DNA from: Bacteroidota bacterium | GTDB taxonomy: Bacteria > Bacteroidota > Bacteroidia > AKYH767-A > OLB10 | DNA: 64,000 nucleotides | Assembly: GCA_016717325.1 (NCBI GenBank) | Contig: JADKFV010000054.1 | Coordinates: 76,599 to 140,598 of the forward strand | Direction of reading: 5' to 3' | In this document: positions 20,001-29,918 of the stretch, one piece after another | How the letters are laid out: each line of letters begins with the position of its first letter | Position numbering within the stretch: the first letter of the stretch is position 1 | The notes under the pieces: generated by a model | Told to the model about the DNA's origin: nothing | Seen by the model: only the letters and a program-made list of their open reading frames with translations | Databases searched by the model: none | Program-made: the position numbers and the translations under genes

Positions 20001-20397
20001 GCAACAAGAAGCAATACGTCAGGCATTGCAAGAATTTAATCAGGAGAACAATAAAGATGGACAAGGCAAACTTGGCGACCTCGAAAAAGCCATGAAGCAA
20101 ATGGAAGACACACAACGCGATTTGCTCAACCGACAAATTTCGGACGAAACTATGAAGCGTCAGGAAGATATACTTACACGTTTATTAGAATCGGAAAAAG
20201 CAGAACGCGAACGCGATCAGGAAGAGCGCAGAGAAAGCAACGAACCCAAGCAGGAAATATACCGCAATCCGGCACAGTTCGAAGAGTTTAAAAAACTTAA
20301 AACGCGCGATACTGAATTGATAAAAACAATTCCACCAACATTAAATTCTTTTTATAAAAATTTAGTGAATGTGTATTTTCAAAATATTGGAAAGTAG
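17028..20397 (+). CDS. Large N-terminally membrane-anchored protein with a long K/E/Q-rich coiled coil (DUF4175-like), split in this sequence into 17028..18806 and 18814..20397 by a frameshift at an A7 tract
   Basis: The N-terminus has 2 TM helices followed by ~1000 aa of coiled coil (KEKEKSNADMKDEMSE..., MQKQEELQKLFDKV..., QQMQQQMQQQ, PGDKPGRKPGEKPGG). The second frame is open only from 18775. The two frames can be joined at AAAAAAA (18774..18780). Confidence 0.6.
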
Positions 20398-20463
20398 GTA
20401 ACAGATTGTTCTATATATTTTTTTGAGTCGTTTGAATTCTTTACTCAAATAAATCAAAACAAG

Positions 20464-21705
20464 TTAGTTATAATCATCAATTGTCCAGTGTATATTGTTT
20501 TGAAATAATGGCAAAGTTTTAAGGTCGATTTTTTTTGTTTCTATTTTAATGGTATCGTGATTGACTACTGTGCTTAATTTTAATACGCTATTTTTTTCCG
20601 AATAATTATAGTCGAAAATAATTTTTATTTTATCGTACCCCATCAAGATTAATCTTTTGTTTTGGAAGTCATAGTTCAATTGATAGTCGCTCATTTCATC
20701 GTTCATGTTTTGTGTGATAAAATATCCCTGCCGGTGAATAAATATTTTTTTTAATCTGCCAACATCGGTGAGCAAAGGTGGTATAGTGTCGCCATTCCTT
20801 ATAAATAAATCAACCGAATAAGCACCATGTAAATAGGGCCGCTGCGCTTTATCGTCATTAAAATTTTTCGCTTTGAAATAAATAAATGTTGATTCGAATA
20901 GTATAGCTGTAATCACAACTAATTTTATCAATCCAAAAAGTATTTGCTTGCTTTTGATTTCCATTGCCGGCTGCAATTGCAATGTATTTACTGCACGTTG
21001 CAAAACAAGGATTTTAAATATTGCTTTTAATGAAGGTGCGGCAATTAGTATACTTAGCAGTAGCAAAAAGCACGAAAATATTTTTACCGAAATATCGAAA
21101 CCCAGGTTGATCATCACCACATTAAGCAAAACAAACATGGCGATGATTGCACCAAGCGATCGTGTGCGTTTAAATAACAATAATGCAGCAGGAATAATTT
21201 CGATTACTCCACAAAAAACAGAATATAAATGTGACGACCCTATTGTACTCCAATATAAAATATCGGGCGATAAATATCCTAATGGAGTATAAACAGTGTT
21301 GGGTTCGGGTAAATAAAATTGATGTTTGAAAATCTTATCGAACCCATACTTGAATAATTGTAACGATAAAAAATAACTTGCTGCAACACCCAACCAGTAA
21401 TTTATTTTATCTTTAGTTGCAGTTTGAATATTTATTAAAAGTGAAGCAATGCCGGCAAAAAAAGAAATCGCTGCCAACACCAATACATGTATATAAATGC
21501 CGGTACTATCCGATATAATTTCGTGTGTGTATTTTTTGTTTTCTTCAAAATAATTATCGCCAATCCATTGTGTTATCCACTCAAAAAAACCGGATGTAAG
21601 TAATCCTATGTTTGGAAAATAATAATACTCAAATGGAACCGAAATAATAAATAGCAATACGAATATCAGAATGCACCTTAGTGCCAATTCGTAAATCGTT
21701 TTCAA
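20464..21705 (-). CDS. Polytopic membrane protein of unknown function (8-10 TM helices plus a C-terminal ~130-aa soluble domain)
   Basis: 413-aa ORF with repeated hydrophobic segments throughout the N-terminal 280 aa. No recognisable motif. Confidence 0.5.
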   Translation of the reverse strand: MKTIYELALRCILIFVLLFIISVPFEYYYFPNIGLLTSGFFEWITQWIGDNYFEENKKYTHEIISDSTGIYIHVLVLAAISFFAGIASLLINIQTATKDKINYWLGVAASYFLSLQLFKYGFDKIFKHQFYLPEPNTVYTPLGYLSPDILYWSTIGSSHLYSVFCGVIEIIPAALLLFKRTRSLGAIIAMFVLLNVVMINLGFDISVKIFSCFLLLLSILIAAPSLKAIFKILVLQRAVNTLQLQPAMEIKSKQILFGLIKLVVITAILFESTFIYFKAKNFNDDKAQRPYLHGAYSVDLFIRNGDTIPPLLTDVGRLKKIFIHRQGYFITQNMNDEMSDYQLNYDFQNKRLILMGYDKIKIIFDYNYSEKNSVLKLSTVVNHDTIKIETKKIDLKTLPLFQNNIHWTIDDYN

Positions 21706-21732
21706 TTGTGGATTTTAAAGTAAGTGAAAATA

Positions 21733-22128
21733 TTATTTCCGTTGCGTTTTTTTAATCGGCTTTTGAGGTTTATCGAAACCAACGAAAGTAGTTTCGGGAT
21801 ACAACTTTTTTAAACTATCTAATGGTATGTTAGGGTTAGCTGTATAAGGATAAGATTTAATATCAATTGTATCGCGCTGGCGGTAAAATGGATCGGAGAC
21901 CAATATCATTTTTGTATCCGATATTTTTATCAGACTATCAATACGCATAGGAGGATTGCCAAAATTGCCCTCGCCTTTGGTGCTGAATGTAGCAGTACTT
22001 CCGCTATGGCTGCGGTGCGCTATCATTTTAGTTTGGCTATGTGCATTGGTACATGCAGCAACAGCGAGTGCAGCTAAAAACAAATTGCATTTTTTCATCA
22101 CATTATTTATTTTTGAAAACATAAACAT
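21733..22128 (-). CDS. Small secreted/lipoprotein of unknown function
   Basis: The ORF is 21733..22176. The likely start is MKKCNLFLAALAVAACTNAHSQ, which has a lipobox-like signal. Confidence 0.4.
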   Translation of the reverse strand: MFMFSKINNVMKKCNLFLAALAVAACTNAHSQTKMIAHRSHSGSTATFSTKGEGNFGNPPMRIDSLIKISDTKMILVSDPFYRQRDTIDIKSYPYTANPNIPLDSLKKLYPETTFVGFDKPQKPIKKTQRK

Positions 22129-22489
22129 TTTTAAATCTTTGGTTGAGTGTTTGGCAAAACAGGAATGCTCTTTCATAAATCATCTCCATCACAATTGCCC
22201 ACAATTATAATATAACATTTGATGCAATAATTTTTACAAGTGTTAAAGTAGAAAGCTAGTGGTTTCAAATTAATCGCAAAATCACTTTAAGATATTTAAT
22301 CAGGCTATGCTAAAAATTAAGTGAGAAAATTTTATAAAAAATCTATAATTCTTGTTTAGGCAAATTAAAACTAAGGGCTTAAGCCCAATACTTATATTGT
22401 ATGTATCCCCATCATAAATGATGGAGTTAATCACAAAATGTTTCAAAACCTTGCAATGAAAAACACTACAAAACTTTTGGCAAAAAAAT

Positions 22490-23434
22490 CTACTTGCCAA
22501 AAGGATTAAAAACAACAATGTTATTGATCCCGATTTTATCGACCACTACTTGATTCCATTTTGTAATTCCGGCTTGGTTATTTCCGCGTTCTGTTTCTCT
22601 AAAATATTTTAATTTCATGGCTTCTATTTTTGCCATGCGGCTATCGTACAGTGTCTGCACAACAATATCGCTGCGGTCACTCTTTTGCAATTCGGTATCC
22701 AATTCGCGCCTTTCAATTTCAACCAAATCGAAATAAATATTTATAAAACATAACGAAGCATTGGTAACAGGAAATTTATAATAACTCTTGTAAGGATCGA
22801 ACACTGCGGCAGTCATAATATTTACTGTGTCGGCAATGGTGTTTACATCCACAAATAATTTCACATTGAGGTCGTACATATCCATTGCAAGAGATTTGCT
22901 TTGATCCTGAAACTGTTTTTGCTGGCCTTCGAATTCGTGAAAGCTTATTCGAGATCCATTCCAGGTAATGTATGGATATTCGAGCAACCCTTTTTTGAAA
23001 GTTTCGTTGGGTGCAAATATTCTTTTACTTGTGATGGTTGCCGGGTCGTTAAAAAATAATTGATTCCGGCTTTTTAAATCATTCAAACAAAATTCTGTAT
23101 TGTTATTCCAAAAAGCGGAGTTATATGGCAGTGCATTTAGTTTGCTATAATCCGAAATATTATTTGCACTAAAATTAAAACGTGGCATAATGAATTTATC
23201 ATCGTAATCATAAGCATATAATATTGCTTTTGTCGACACCATAAAACTTGCCTCGTTTGCAGGTTTGTAATTGATTTGATAATTAAAATCGATATGATTT
23301 AAAACCATGCTGCCTTTGTAGTTGGCAAATGTTTTTGTAATATCCATACTTACTTCTTTTAATGCATCGTCACTGTGTAACGGTAAAAACGGATGGACTT
23401 TTGTTTCGGCCGTTTTCATTGTTATTTTCAACAC
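22490..23434 (-). CDS. Hypothetical protein (314 aa), translationally coupled to the upstream gene
   Basis: Long ORF whose start overlaps the stop of 23428..24288 by 7 nt. No recognisable domain. Confidence 0.5.
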   Translation of the reverse strand: MLKITMKTAETKVHPFLPLHSDDALKEVSMDITKTFANYKGSMVLNHIDFNYQINYKPANEASFMVSTKAILYAYDYDDKFIMPRFNFSANNISDYSKLNALPYNSAFWNNNTEFCLNDLKSRNQLFFNDPATITSKRIFAPNETFKKGLLEYPYITWNGSRISFHEFEGQQKQFQDQSKSLAMDMYDLNVKLFVDVNTIADTVNIMTAAVFDPYKSYYKFPVTNASLCFINIYFDLVEIERRELDTELQKSDRSDIVVQTLYDSRMAKIEAMKLKYFRETERGNNQAGITKWNQVVVDKIGINNIVVFNPFGK

Positions 23435-24288
23435 TTTATGTTGTGCCGAATCGACCCAAACTTCGCAAGTAAAAAATTACCCAAAGTGTCTTTTGGCAAA
23501 TATTCTATCACTAAAATTGTATGGTCGCTTACATCTTTATATTTTTTTGTTAAGTATAGATTATAATTTTTCTGCAACTTTTTTAATCCCAAGCCCATTG
23601 GGCTTTGAGGAAAATAATTGCTTTGCTCAAAAAGACGCAATATGTTTACAGCTTGCGAACTTTCGACCGAAACAAAAAAGCGATCGTTATATTTTTGAAG
23701 TCCTATTCGCCCACACTTAAGATTCAATTCTTCAATATCGTAGCCATTTACTTTAGCATGATAATAACTTTCTATTAATTCTATTTGCTTGTTGCCTGCA
23801 TAAGTCTCAAGCTCGAAATATGTTTTTGCTATAAACCGGTTTTTGGTTTGATTACTTTCACAAGCAGCTACAGCTTCGTACAAATATAATTCATCTTGGG
23901 CTGTAACAGTAATTTCGGGAATCAACAGTGGATTATCGCGTAACATTACCGATACAAAATTATTATTTGGTGTAAGTCCAATGTGATAATTTCTGTATCC
24001 CAACATGGTTACTGCAACAGAATCGTTGTAATCATTAATTCTGATTTTAAAATAACCCTCACTATTACTTACTGTGCCCATGCGGGTTGTATGGTTGTAT
24101 ATAGTAGCATAAGCAATGGGCTGTTGTGTAGTTTGGCTCATTACATACCCCTGCAGAAAATTTGTGCTTTGTTGCTGGTTTTCGTTTTGTGCAACTAATA
24201 CTTTGGTAAATATTGACATACAAAACATGCTTACAAGCAATGCTATAATGAATGTGACATTGTTATATAGAAGTTTCAAAGGCCTCAT
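23428..24288 (-). CDS. Secreted protein with carboxypeptidase-regulatory-like (CarbopepD_reg) beta-sandwich domain
   Basis: 286 aa. Signal peptide LLVSMFCMSIFTKVLVAQ. YATIYNHTTRMGTVSNSEGYFKIRIND...VAVTMLGYRNY resembles a CarbopepD_reg_2 domain. Confidence 0.5.
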   Translation of the reverse strand: MRPLKLLYNNVTFIIALLVSMFCMSIFTKVLVAQNENQQQSTNFLQGYVMSQTTQQPIAYATIYNHTTRMGTVSNSEGYFKIRINDYNDSVAVTMLGYRNYHIGLTPNNNFVSVMLRDNPLLIPEITVTAQDELYLYEAVAACESNQTKNRFIAKTYFELETYAGNKQIELIESYYHAKVNGYDIEELNLKCGRIGLQKYNDRFFVSVESSQAVNILRLFEQSNYFPQSPMGLGLKKLQKNYNLYLTKKYKDVSDHTILVIEYLPKDTLGNFLLAKFGSIRHNIKC

Positions 24289-24494
24289 GTGGGAATACTG
24301 ATACGTTACTTTTCTTCGGTGTGCGAATATAACATGGATTATTCAATGCTACATACTTATTATGAGGCAATACCAACCTGATGATGTGTAAAAAAACCGA
24401 AACCATTTTTCTTCTAAAACATTGCTACCACTGGAATTTCGCTTTCCTAAAAAAATAATTGCCCTAACATATTTTATAATTTTACTTTTGCAAA

Positions 24495-25490
24495 ATGGAA
24501 ACAGTAGTTAGCGGAATACGCAGCACCGGCAATTTACATTTGGGAAATTATTTTGGTGCCATAAAAAATTTCCTGCGCATGCAGGACGAAAATAAGTGTT
24601 ACTTTTTTGTGGCCGATTATCATTCGCTCACCACACACCCCACGCCTGAGAACCTGATGAATGGTGTACGGCAGGTGATAATAGAATATTTAGCTTGTGG
24701 CCTCGACCCCGAAAAATGTACCTTATATGTGCAAAGCGATGTGCCTCAGGTTACTGAATTATATTTGTTGCTAAACATGAATGCTTATGTAGGCGAGTTG
24801 GAACGTTGCACTTCGTTCAAAGAAAAAATTCGAAAGCATCCCGAAAATATAAATGCCGGATTGCTTACCTATCCAACTTTAATGGCGGCCGATATCTTAT
24901 TGCACCGTGCTAATAAAGTGCCTGTGGGTAAAGATCAGGAACAACACCTTGAAATGACACGCACGTTTGGCAATCGATTTAACCGTATGTACAATACCGA
25001 ATACTTTGCCGAGCCTACTGCTTTTAATTTCGGCACACAGTTGGTAAAGGTGCCGGGCCTCGATGGAAGTGGAAAGATGGGAAAATCGGAAGGCGAGGGC
25101 AATGCCATTTTTTTAAATGACATAGAACAAGTAATTACAAAAAAAATAATGCGTGCTGTAACCGATAGTGGCCCAACCGAACCCAATCAACCAAAGCCCG
25201 AAGCAATACAAAACATTTTTACCATTATGAAACTGGTATCGAAAGCCGATACACTGGAACATTTTGAAAATGCATATAACAATTGCACTATTAGGTATGG
25301 CGACATGAAAAAGCAACTTGCACAAGACATGAACCACTTTGTTGCGCCATTTCGTGAGCGCATATGGGAGCTGCAAAGTAACAATGCCTATATACGTAGT
25401 GTAATTAAAATGGGGAAAGAAAAAGCGCTGGAAAGTGCAACAAAAACTGTTAAAGAAGTACGCGAAATAGTTGGGTTCCGCGAAATTTAA
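24495..25490 (+). CDS. trpS: Tryptophan--tRNA ligase
   Basis: 331 aa. Class I motifs: GIRSTGNLHLGNYFG (HIGH-like) and KMGKSEG (KMSKS). The length is typical of bacterial TrpRS. Confidence 0.9.
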   Translation: METVVSGIRSTGNLHLGNYFGAIKNFLRMQDENKCYFFVADYHSLTTHPTPENLMNGVRQVIIEYLACGLDPEKCTLYVQSDVPQVTELYLLLNMNAYVGELERCTSFKEKIRKHPENINAGLLTYPTLMAADILLHRANKVPVGKDQEQHLEMTRTFGNRFNRMYNTEYFAEPTAFNFGTQLVKVPGLDGSGKMGKSEGEGNAIFLNDIEQVITKKIMRAVTDSGPTEPNQPKPEAIQNIFTIMKLVSKADTLEHFENAYNNCTIRYGDMKKQLAQDMNHFVAPFRERIWELQSNNAYIRSVIKMGKEKALESATKTVKEVREIVGFREI

Positions 25491-25534
25491 TTATTTTCGC
25501 GCCCAATATTTAAAAACAAAAAATTTATAAAAAG

Positions 25535-26866
25535 ATGAAAAAAATTTACTCTGTTCTTGCAATGTGTGTTTGGGGTGCTACGGCATCGTTTGCGCAGTGG
25601 GTGCCACAATCATCCAATTTACCTTTGGGCAACACGCCCGATTATATTGATGCTATCGACAACATGATTTGTTGGGCAACATCAACCAACGATGGCGGTC
25701 AAACCGTTCCATCAGACCAATTTTGCCGCACTACCGATGGCGGTACTACATGGGTTGCAGGCACTATTGCCGACAGCAACTCGAGTGTGGCCGGTTTGGT
25801 TTCTTCGTGTATTACGGCTGTAGATGCCAACAATGCATGGGTATCGATGTGGAATACTGCCGGTGGTACAGGCAAAATTATGCATACCGCTGATGGTGGT
25901 GCTACATGGACTCATCAAGCTACGGCAGCGTACGCGGGTGCTGCGGCCTTCCCAAACTTTGTACACTTTTGGGATCTTAATATTGGTGTTACCATGGGCG
26001 ATCCCAATGGTGGTTACTTCGAAATTTATACCACCGTGGATGGCGGTACAACCTGGACACGTGTGCCAACGGCAAATATTCCTGCTGAGTTAAATGGTGA
26101 GTTTGGAATTGTAAATGTATTTACAACCCAAGGCGCTAGCACTATTTGGTTTGGCACCAATGTTGGCCGCATTTACAAAAGCACCGACTATGGCGTAACC
26201 AGGACAGTTGCAACCACCCCTTATGCAGGTATTTATATTGGCAGTATTGCTTTTAAAGATGCTAATAATGGTATCGCTTTCTCGGCCGACCAAACCAGTG
26301 TAGATGATGTTATTTCTACTAATGATGGTGGTGCTACCTGGACTACCATTGCAAATGCTACTACGGGTGGATTAACATTTCGTAATGCCGCTTGCTACGT
26401 ACCCGGCACGCCCGGCACTTATATTGCCTGCAGCGCAGGGCAAACAGGCGGAAGTTTATTTTCGAATGACGATGGCAATACCTGGAATGTAATAGATGCT
26501 GACCCACATACCGATGTAGAATTTACCAGCGACATTGATGGTTTTGGTGGTACACTTACACAAGATGGCGGTTCTATCTATCAAATTTATAAATGGACAG
26601 GCCCTGTAGGAATCAGCGAAATAGCGAACACCACGAATGCAAATGTGTTTCCTAATCCTGCAACCGACAGAATATTTGTAAAAACAAATAATGCTACACA
26701 ATACGAAATAGTAAATGTTACAGGCCAATCAATTGCCAAGCAACAAATTGTATACACCGGTGCTAACCTTACCATCGATGTAAGAAATTTACAAAGCGGT
26801 ATTTACTTTTTACGTTTAATACAAAACGATGGTACATTATCTACCAACAAATTTGTGAAACAATAA
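25535..26866 (+). CDS. BNR/Asp-box repeat (Ycf48-like beta-propeller) secreted protein with T9SS type-A CTD
   Basis: 443 aa with a signal peptide. Repeated Asp-box motifs TDGGTTW, ADGGATW, VDGGTTW, NDGGATW, DDGNTW. The C-terminus ends SGIYFLRLIQNDGTLSTNKFVKQ. Confidence 0.8.
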   Translation: MKKIYSVLAMCVWGATASFAQWVPQSSNLPLGNTPDYIDAIDNMICWATSTNDGGQTVPSDQFCRTTDGGTTWVAGTIADSNSSVAGLVSSCITAVDANNAWVSMWNTAGGTGKIMHTADGGATWTHQATAAYAGAAAFPNFVHFWDLNIGVTMGDPNGGYFEIYTTVDGGTTWTRVPTANIPAELNGEFGIVNVFTTQGASTIWFGTNVGRIYKSTDYGVTRTVATTPYAGIYIGSIAFKDANNGIAFSADQTSVDDVISTNDGGATWTTIANATTGGLTFRNAACYVPGTPGTYIACSAGQTGGSLFSNDDGNTWNVIDADPHTDVEFTSDIDGFGGTLTQDGGSIYQIYKWTGPVGISEIANTTNANVFPNPATDRIFVKTNNATQYEIVNVTGQSIAKQQIVYTGANLTIDVRNLQSGIYFLRLIQNDGTLSTNKFVKQ

Positions 26867-26882
26867 TTTTAATTATCACTGA

Positions 26883-26911
26883 ATAATATAAAAAGGCTGT
26901 CTGTAATGGGC
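26883..26911 (+). terminator. Rho-independent terminator
   Basis: AAGGCTG-tctgtaatggg-CAGCCTT followed by TTTTT. Confidence 0.6.
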
Positions 26912-27134
26912 AGCCTTTTTTATGGGTTAGAAAATCAATTACCATTCATGAAAAATGTTTTTTTCTAAATATGTAAAGCATTAAACGGAAGCATGATACT
27001 ATAAAAATTTGTATGCTTGGATATTATTTTTTCTTGCACACATCATTTTCCTTTATACATTTACAACACAAAATACATTGTGCTTTGAATCTACAATCGA
27101 AATATTATTTACAGATTTTTAAGCAGTATTACTT

Positions 27135-28649
27135 ATGAGTAAATATTGTTTCACATTTATTCTCTTTTTATGCAGCAATATTTGTTTTGCACAAAAGCAA
27201 AACTCTATTTGGTGTTTTGGCGATAGCGCAAAAATTGTTTTCGATACAACAGGAAATGTATCTTTACTTACGAGTTCAATTGTGTCTCGTGGCACAGCAA
27301 CCTCGATTGCAGATAGTACTGGTAAGTTATTATTTTACACAAACACACGCGCTGGTCAACCATCCTCATATACTGGTTTAGTATGGAATGCAAATGATAG
27401 CTTAATGGAGAACGGTGATTCAATTGCAGGCCGCGGATGGTACAAGCAATATGTTGTTGTGCCTGCCCCAAATTTGAAAGACATTTACTATTTAGTTTCA
27501 GCGCCTGTTACGTCACCAGATGGATTATACTATAGCATAATAGACATGGGCCAAGACAGCGGCCGCGGTGCAGTGATACAAAAAAATGTACAATTGCAAG
27601 GCTCAGCTTTTTATGCAAATGATGGCATCGCTGCCATTAAACATGGAAATGGTAGAGATTGGTGGGTAATGGTAAAAGATTGCTATGGTATCAAAAACAA
27701 TATTTACTATTTTTATTTAGTTTCTCCAACTGGCTTTCTGCTCGACCATGCTCAGGCAATTGGTGATTCAATAAAAACAAATATACTTAGTATTGAAGGC
27801 TCAGATGATGGAAGTAAAATTGCTTTAATTTCAGCTATGGGTTACATTAGTGTATTTGATTTTGATAGGTGTTCAGGAATGTTATCAAATGAAATTTCTA
27901 TTGAGAATGAGGTATTTCTTGGCAGCCTTGCCCCGTGGTATTGGGATTGCGAACTCTCACCCAACAAACGCTACTTATATGTAAGCGAAGTGTACAGTAG
28001 TTTTGATACTACAAATTATTTATTGCGGTTTGATTTGCAAGCTCCAAATATTGCTGCAAGTAGAGATACATTGTATGCCGGAGAAGAAAGTGCGGTGGCT
28101 GGATTAATAGAACTTGCGCCTGATGGTAAAATATATTGGGCTTGTGCTTATAATCCACCCAACACATTTTTTTATCCTTACCCCGATAGTACGCACAATT
28201 ACATTACAGATAATTTAAGTGTTATCAATTATCCCGATAGTAGCAATTGCGATTTTCAGCCTTTCTCTTTTTACCTCGGTGGCAAGCGTACTTATTATGG
28301 TTTGCCCAATAATCCTAATTATGGGTTGGGGCGGCTTTACGGCTCACCGTGTGATACGTTGCAGTGGACAAACCTCACCCCAGCCCTCTCCAAAGGAGAG
28401 GGAGTAATGCAAATTACATACATATCGGCTTGGGAGAAGTTGTTTGTAAATGCAAGTGGGTTGAAAGGGAAGAATGTAACTATAACCATATACGATGGGC
28501 GCGGTAGCGCAATTAAAAATTATGAATTAAAAATTATAAATGGCTACGCAACCATAGATGTGGATTGCAGTGGTTGGGCAAGTGGGTTGTATGTGGTGCA
28601 TTTACAAACGGAAAAAGAAATGTTGAGTAAGAAGTTTGTGAAGGAGTAA
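27135..28649 (+). CDS. Secreted protein of unknown function with T9SS type-A CTD
   Basis: 504 aa with a signal peptide. The C-terminus ends SGLYVVHLQTEKEMLSKKFVKE. Confidence 0.65.
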   Translation: MSKYCFTFILFLCSNICFAQKQNSIWCFGDSAKIVFDTTGNVSLLTSSIVSRGTATSIADSTGKLLFYTNTRAGQPSSYTGLVWNANDSLMENGDSIAGRGWYKQYVVVPAPNLKDIYYLVSAPVTSPDGLYYSIIDMGQDSGRGAVIQKNVQLQGSAFYANDGIAAIKHGNGRDWWVMVKDCYGIKNNIYYFYLVSPTGFLLDHAQAIGDSIKTNILSIEGSDDGSKIALISAMGYISVFDFDRCSGMLSNEISIENEVFLGSLAPWYWDCELSPNKRYLYVSEVYSSFDTTNYLLRFDLQAPNIAASRDTLYAGEESAVAGLIELAPDGKIYWACAYNPPNTFFYPYPDSTHNYITDNLSVINYPDSSNCDFQPFSFYLGGKRTYYGLPNNPNYGLGRLYGSPCDTLQWTNLTPALSKGEGVMQITYISAWEKLFVNASGLKGKNVTITIYDGRGSAIKNYELKIINGYATIDVDCSGWASGLYVVHLQTEKEMLSKKFVKE

Positions 28650-28737
28650 AAACATGTTTATCAATTTTTGTAAAATAATGCTTTGGGTTGTGGCCCTAAC
28701 CGCAGGCAGAAATTGGCAAACGGTTATTCATAATCAT

Positions 28738-29880
28738 TTACACCTCCACAAAGCAGTCGCCAGCAATGGCATCGGCAAATAATTTTCCTTCCATAGTAAG
28801 TGCATAATTATTTTGCATAACCACAACCTGGTTTTGTGTTACATAGGCCGCTATCTTTTTTTCAAAATGGCTGGTATATTCTTTGCCGAATTGTTGTTGC
28901 AATTGCAAAATATCAACGCCCGCTTTTGTTCGCAGGTGAATCATCACATACTCGTTGTATTTATTTTCTTGAGTAAGTGTCTCTGCTTCGAAATAAGGTT
29001 TAGAATTTGTTACACTATCAATATAAGCATTGTTATTGGCAATATTCCACTGCCTGCTATGGCCGTTATATGAATGGGCCGATGGGCCAATGCCAATATA
29101 ATTTTTCCCACTCCAGTAATTGCTATTGTGCCGCGAATGAAAACCAACCCTGCAGAAGTTTGAAATTTCGTAATGGTCGAAATTGTTATTCATTGCCCAA
29201 TCAACAAGTTCTTTAAATTGTGTTATTACAATTTCGTCTGTTGGGATGTTTATTTTTTTTGTTTTTACAAAATGTGATAGTGCCGTTCGTTCTTCAATGG
29301 TAAGTGCATAACATGAAATATGATTTATGGGTAATTGTTCCGCTGTTTTTAAATTCGCTTGCCAGTCGGCAGGTGATAAATCAGGTAAGCCATAAATTAA
29401 ATCAATCGAAATATTTTCAATACCACATTTATTTGCAAGCTCAACTGCATGTATTGCCATCGCTGCATTGTGGCTCCGGTTCATGGTGAGTAAATGGTTG
29501 TCGATAAAACTTTGCACACCAATACTCAATCTGTTTACACCATATTTTTTCCACAACATTAGTTTCTCCTCCGTCACATCATCGGGATTGCACTCCAGTG
29601 TTATTTCGGTGTCAGGGTTCCATTTATAATTGAGTGATAATGCCGCAAAAATAATTTCAAAATCGCTGGCGTTTAGCAATGATGGTGTACCTCCGCCAAA
29701 ATAAATAGTATCTAAAATATTGGTGTCAGCAGTTCCAAACAAATAATTTTTGCGATGTTCAATTTCTTTTGCAATAGCATCCATCATCAGGGCTTTCTTG
29801 CTTAGCGAAGTAGAAAAATGGAAATTACAATAGTGGCATGCTTGTTTACAAAAGGGGATATGTATATAAATGCTGCTCAA
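28738..29880 (-). CDS. hemW: Radical SAM heme chaperone HemW / oxygen-independent coproporphyrinogen-III oxidase-like protein
   Basis: 380 aa. MSSIYIHIPFCKQACHYCNF carries the CxxxCxxC radical-SAM motif. HemN_C-like C-terminal domain. Confidence 0.85.
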   Translation of the reverse strand: MSSIYIHIPFCKQACHYCNFHFSTSLSKKALMMDAIAKEIEHRKNYLFGTADTNILDTIYFGGGTPSLLNASDFEIIFAALSLNYKWNPDTEITLECNPDDVTEEKLMLWKKYGVNRLSIGVQSFIDNHLLTMNRSHNAAMAIHAVELANKCGIENISIDLIYGLPDLSPADWQANLKTAEQLPINHISCYALTIEERTALSHFVKTKKINIPTDEIVITQFKELVDWAMNNNFDHYEISNFCRVGFHSRHNSNYWSGKNYIGIGPSAHSYNGHSRQWNIANNNAYIDSVTNSKPYFEAETLTQENKYNEYVMIHLRTKAGVDILQLQQQFGKEYTSHFEKKIAAYVTQNQVVVMQNNYALTMEGKLFADAIAGDCFVEV

Positions 29881-29918
29881 AATATTTTTACTGCGTATAC
29901 AGTAATGGTAAACGAAAG

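Noticed and set aside
18423-20136. Many antisense ORFs (18672..19427 at 251 aa, 18709..19398 at 229 aa, 19001..19357, 19441..20026 and others)
   Set aside because: They lie opposite the K/E-rich coiled-coil gene. GAA/AAG-rich sense codons give open Ser/Phe/Leu-rich antisense frames. They are low-complexity with no signal of real genes.
22374-22423. Small palindromes GGGCTTAAGCCC and CCATCATAAATGATGG in the 22177..22489 intergenic region
   Set aside because: They are too short to call as a regulator binding site or terminator without further evidence.
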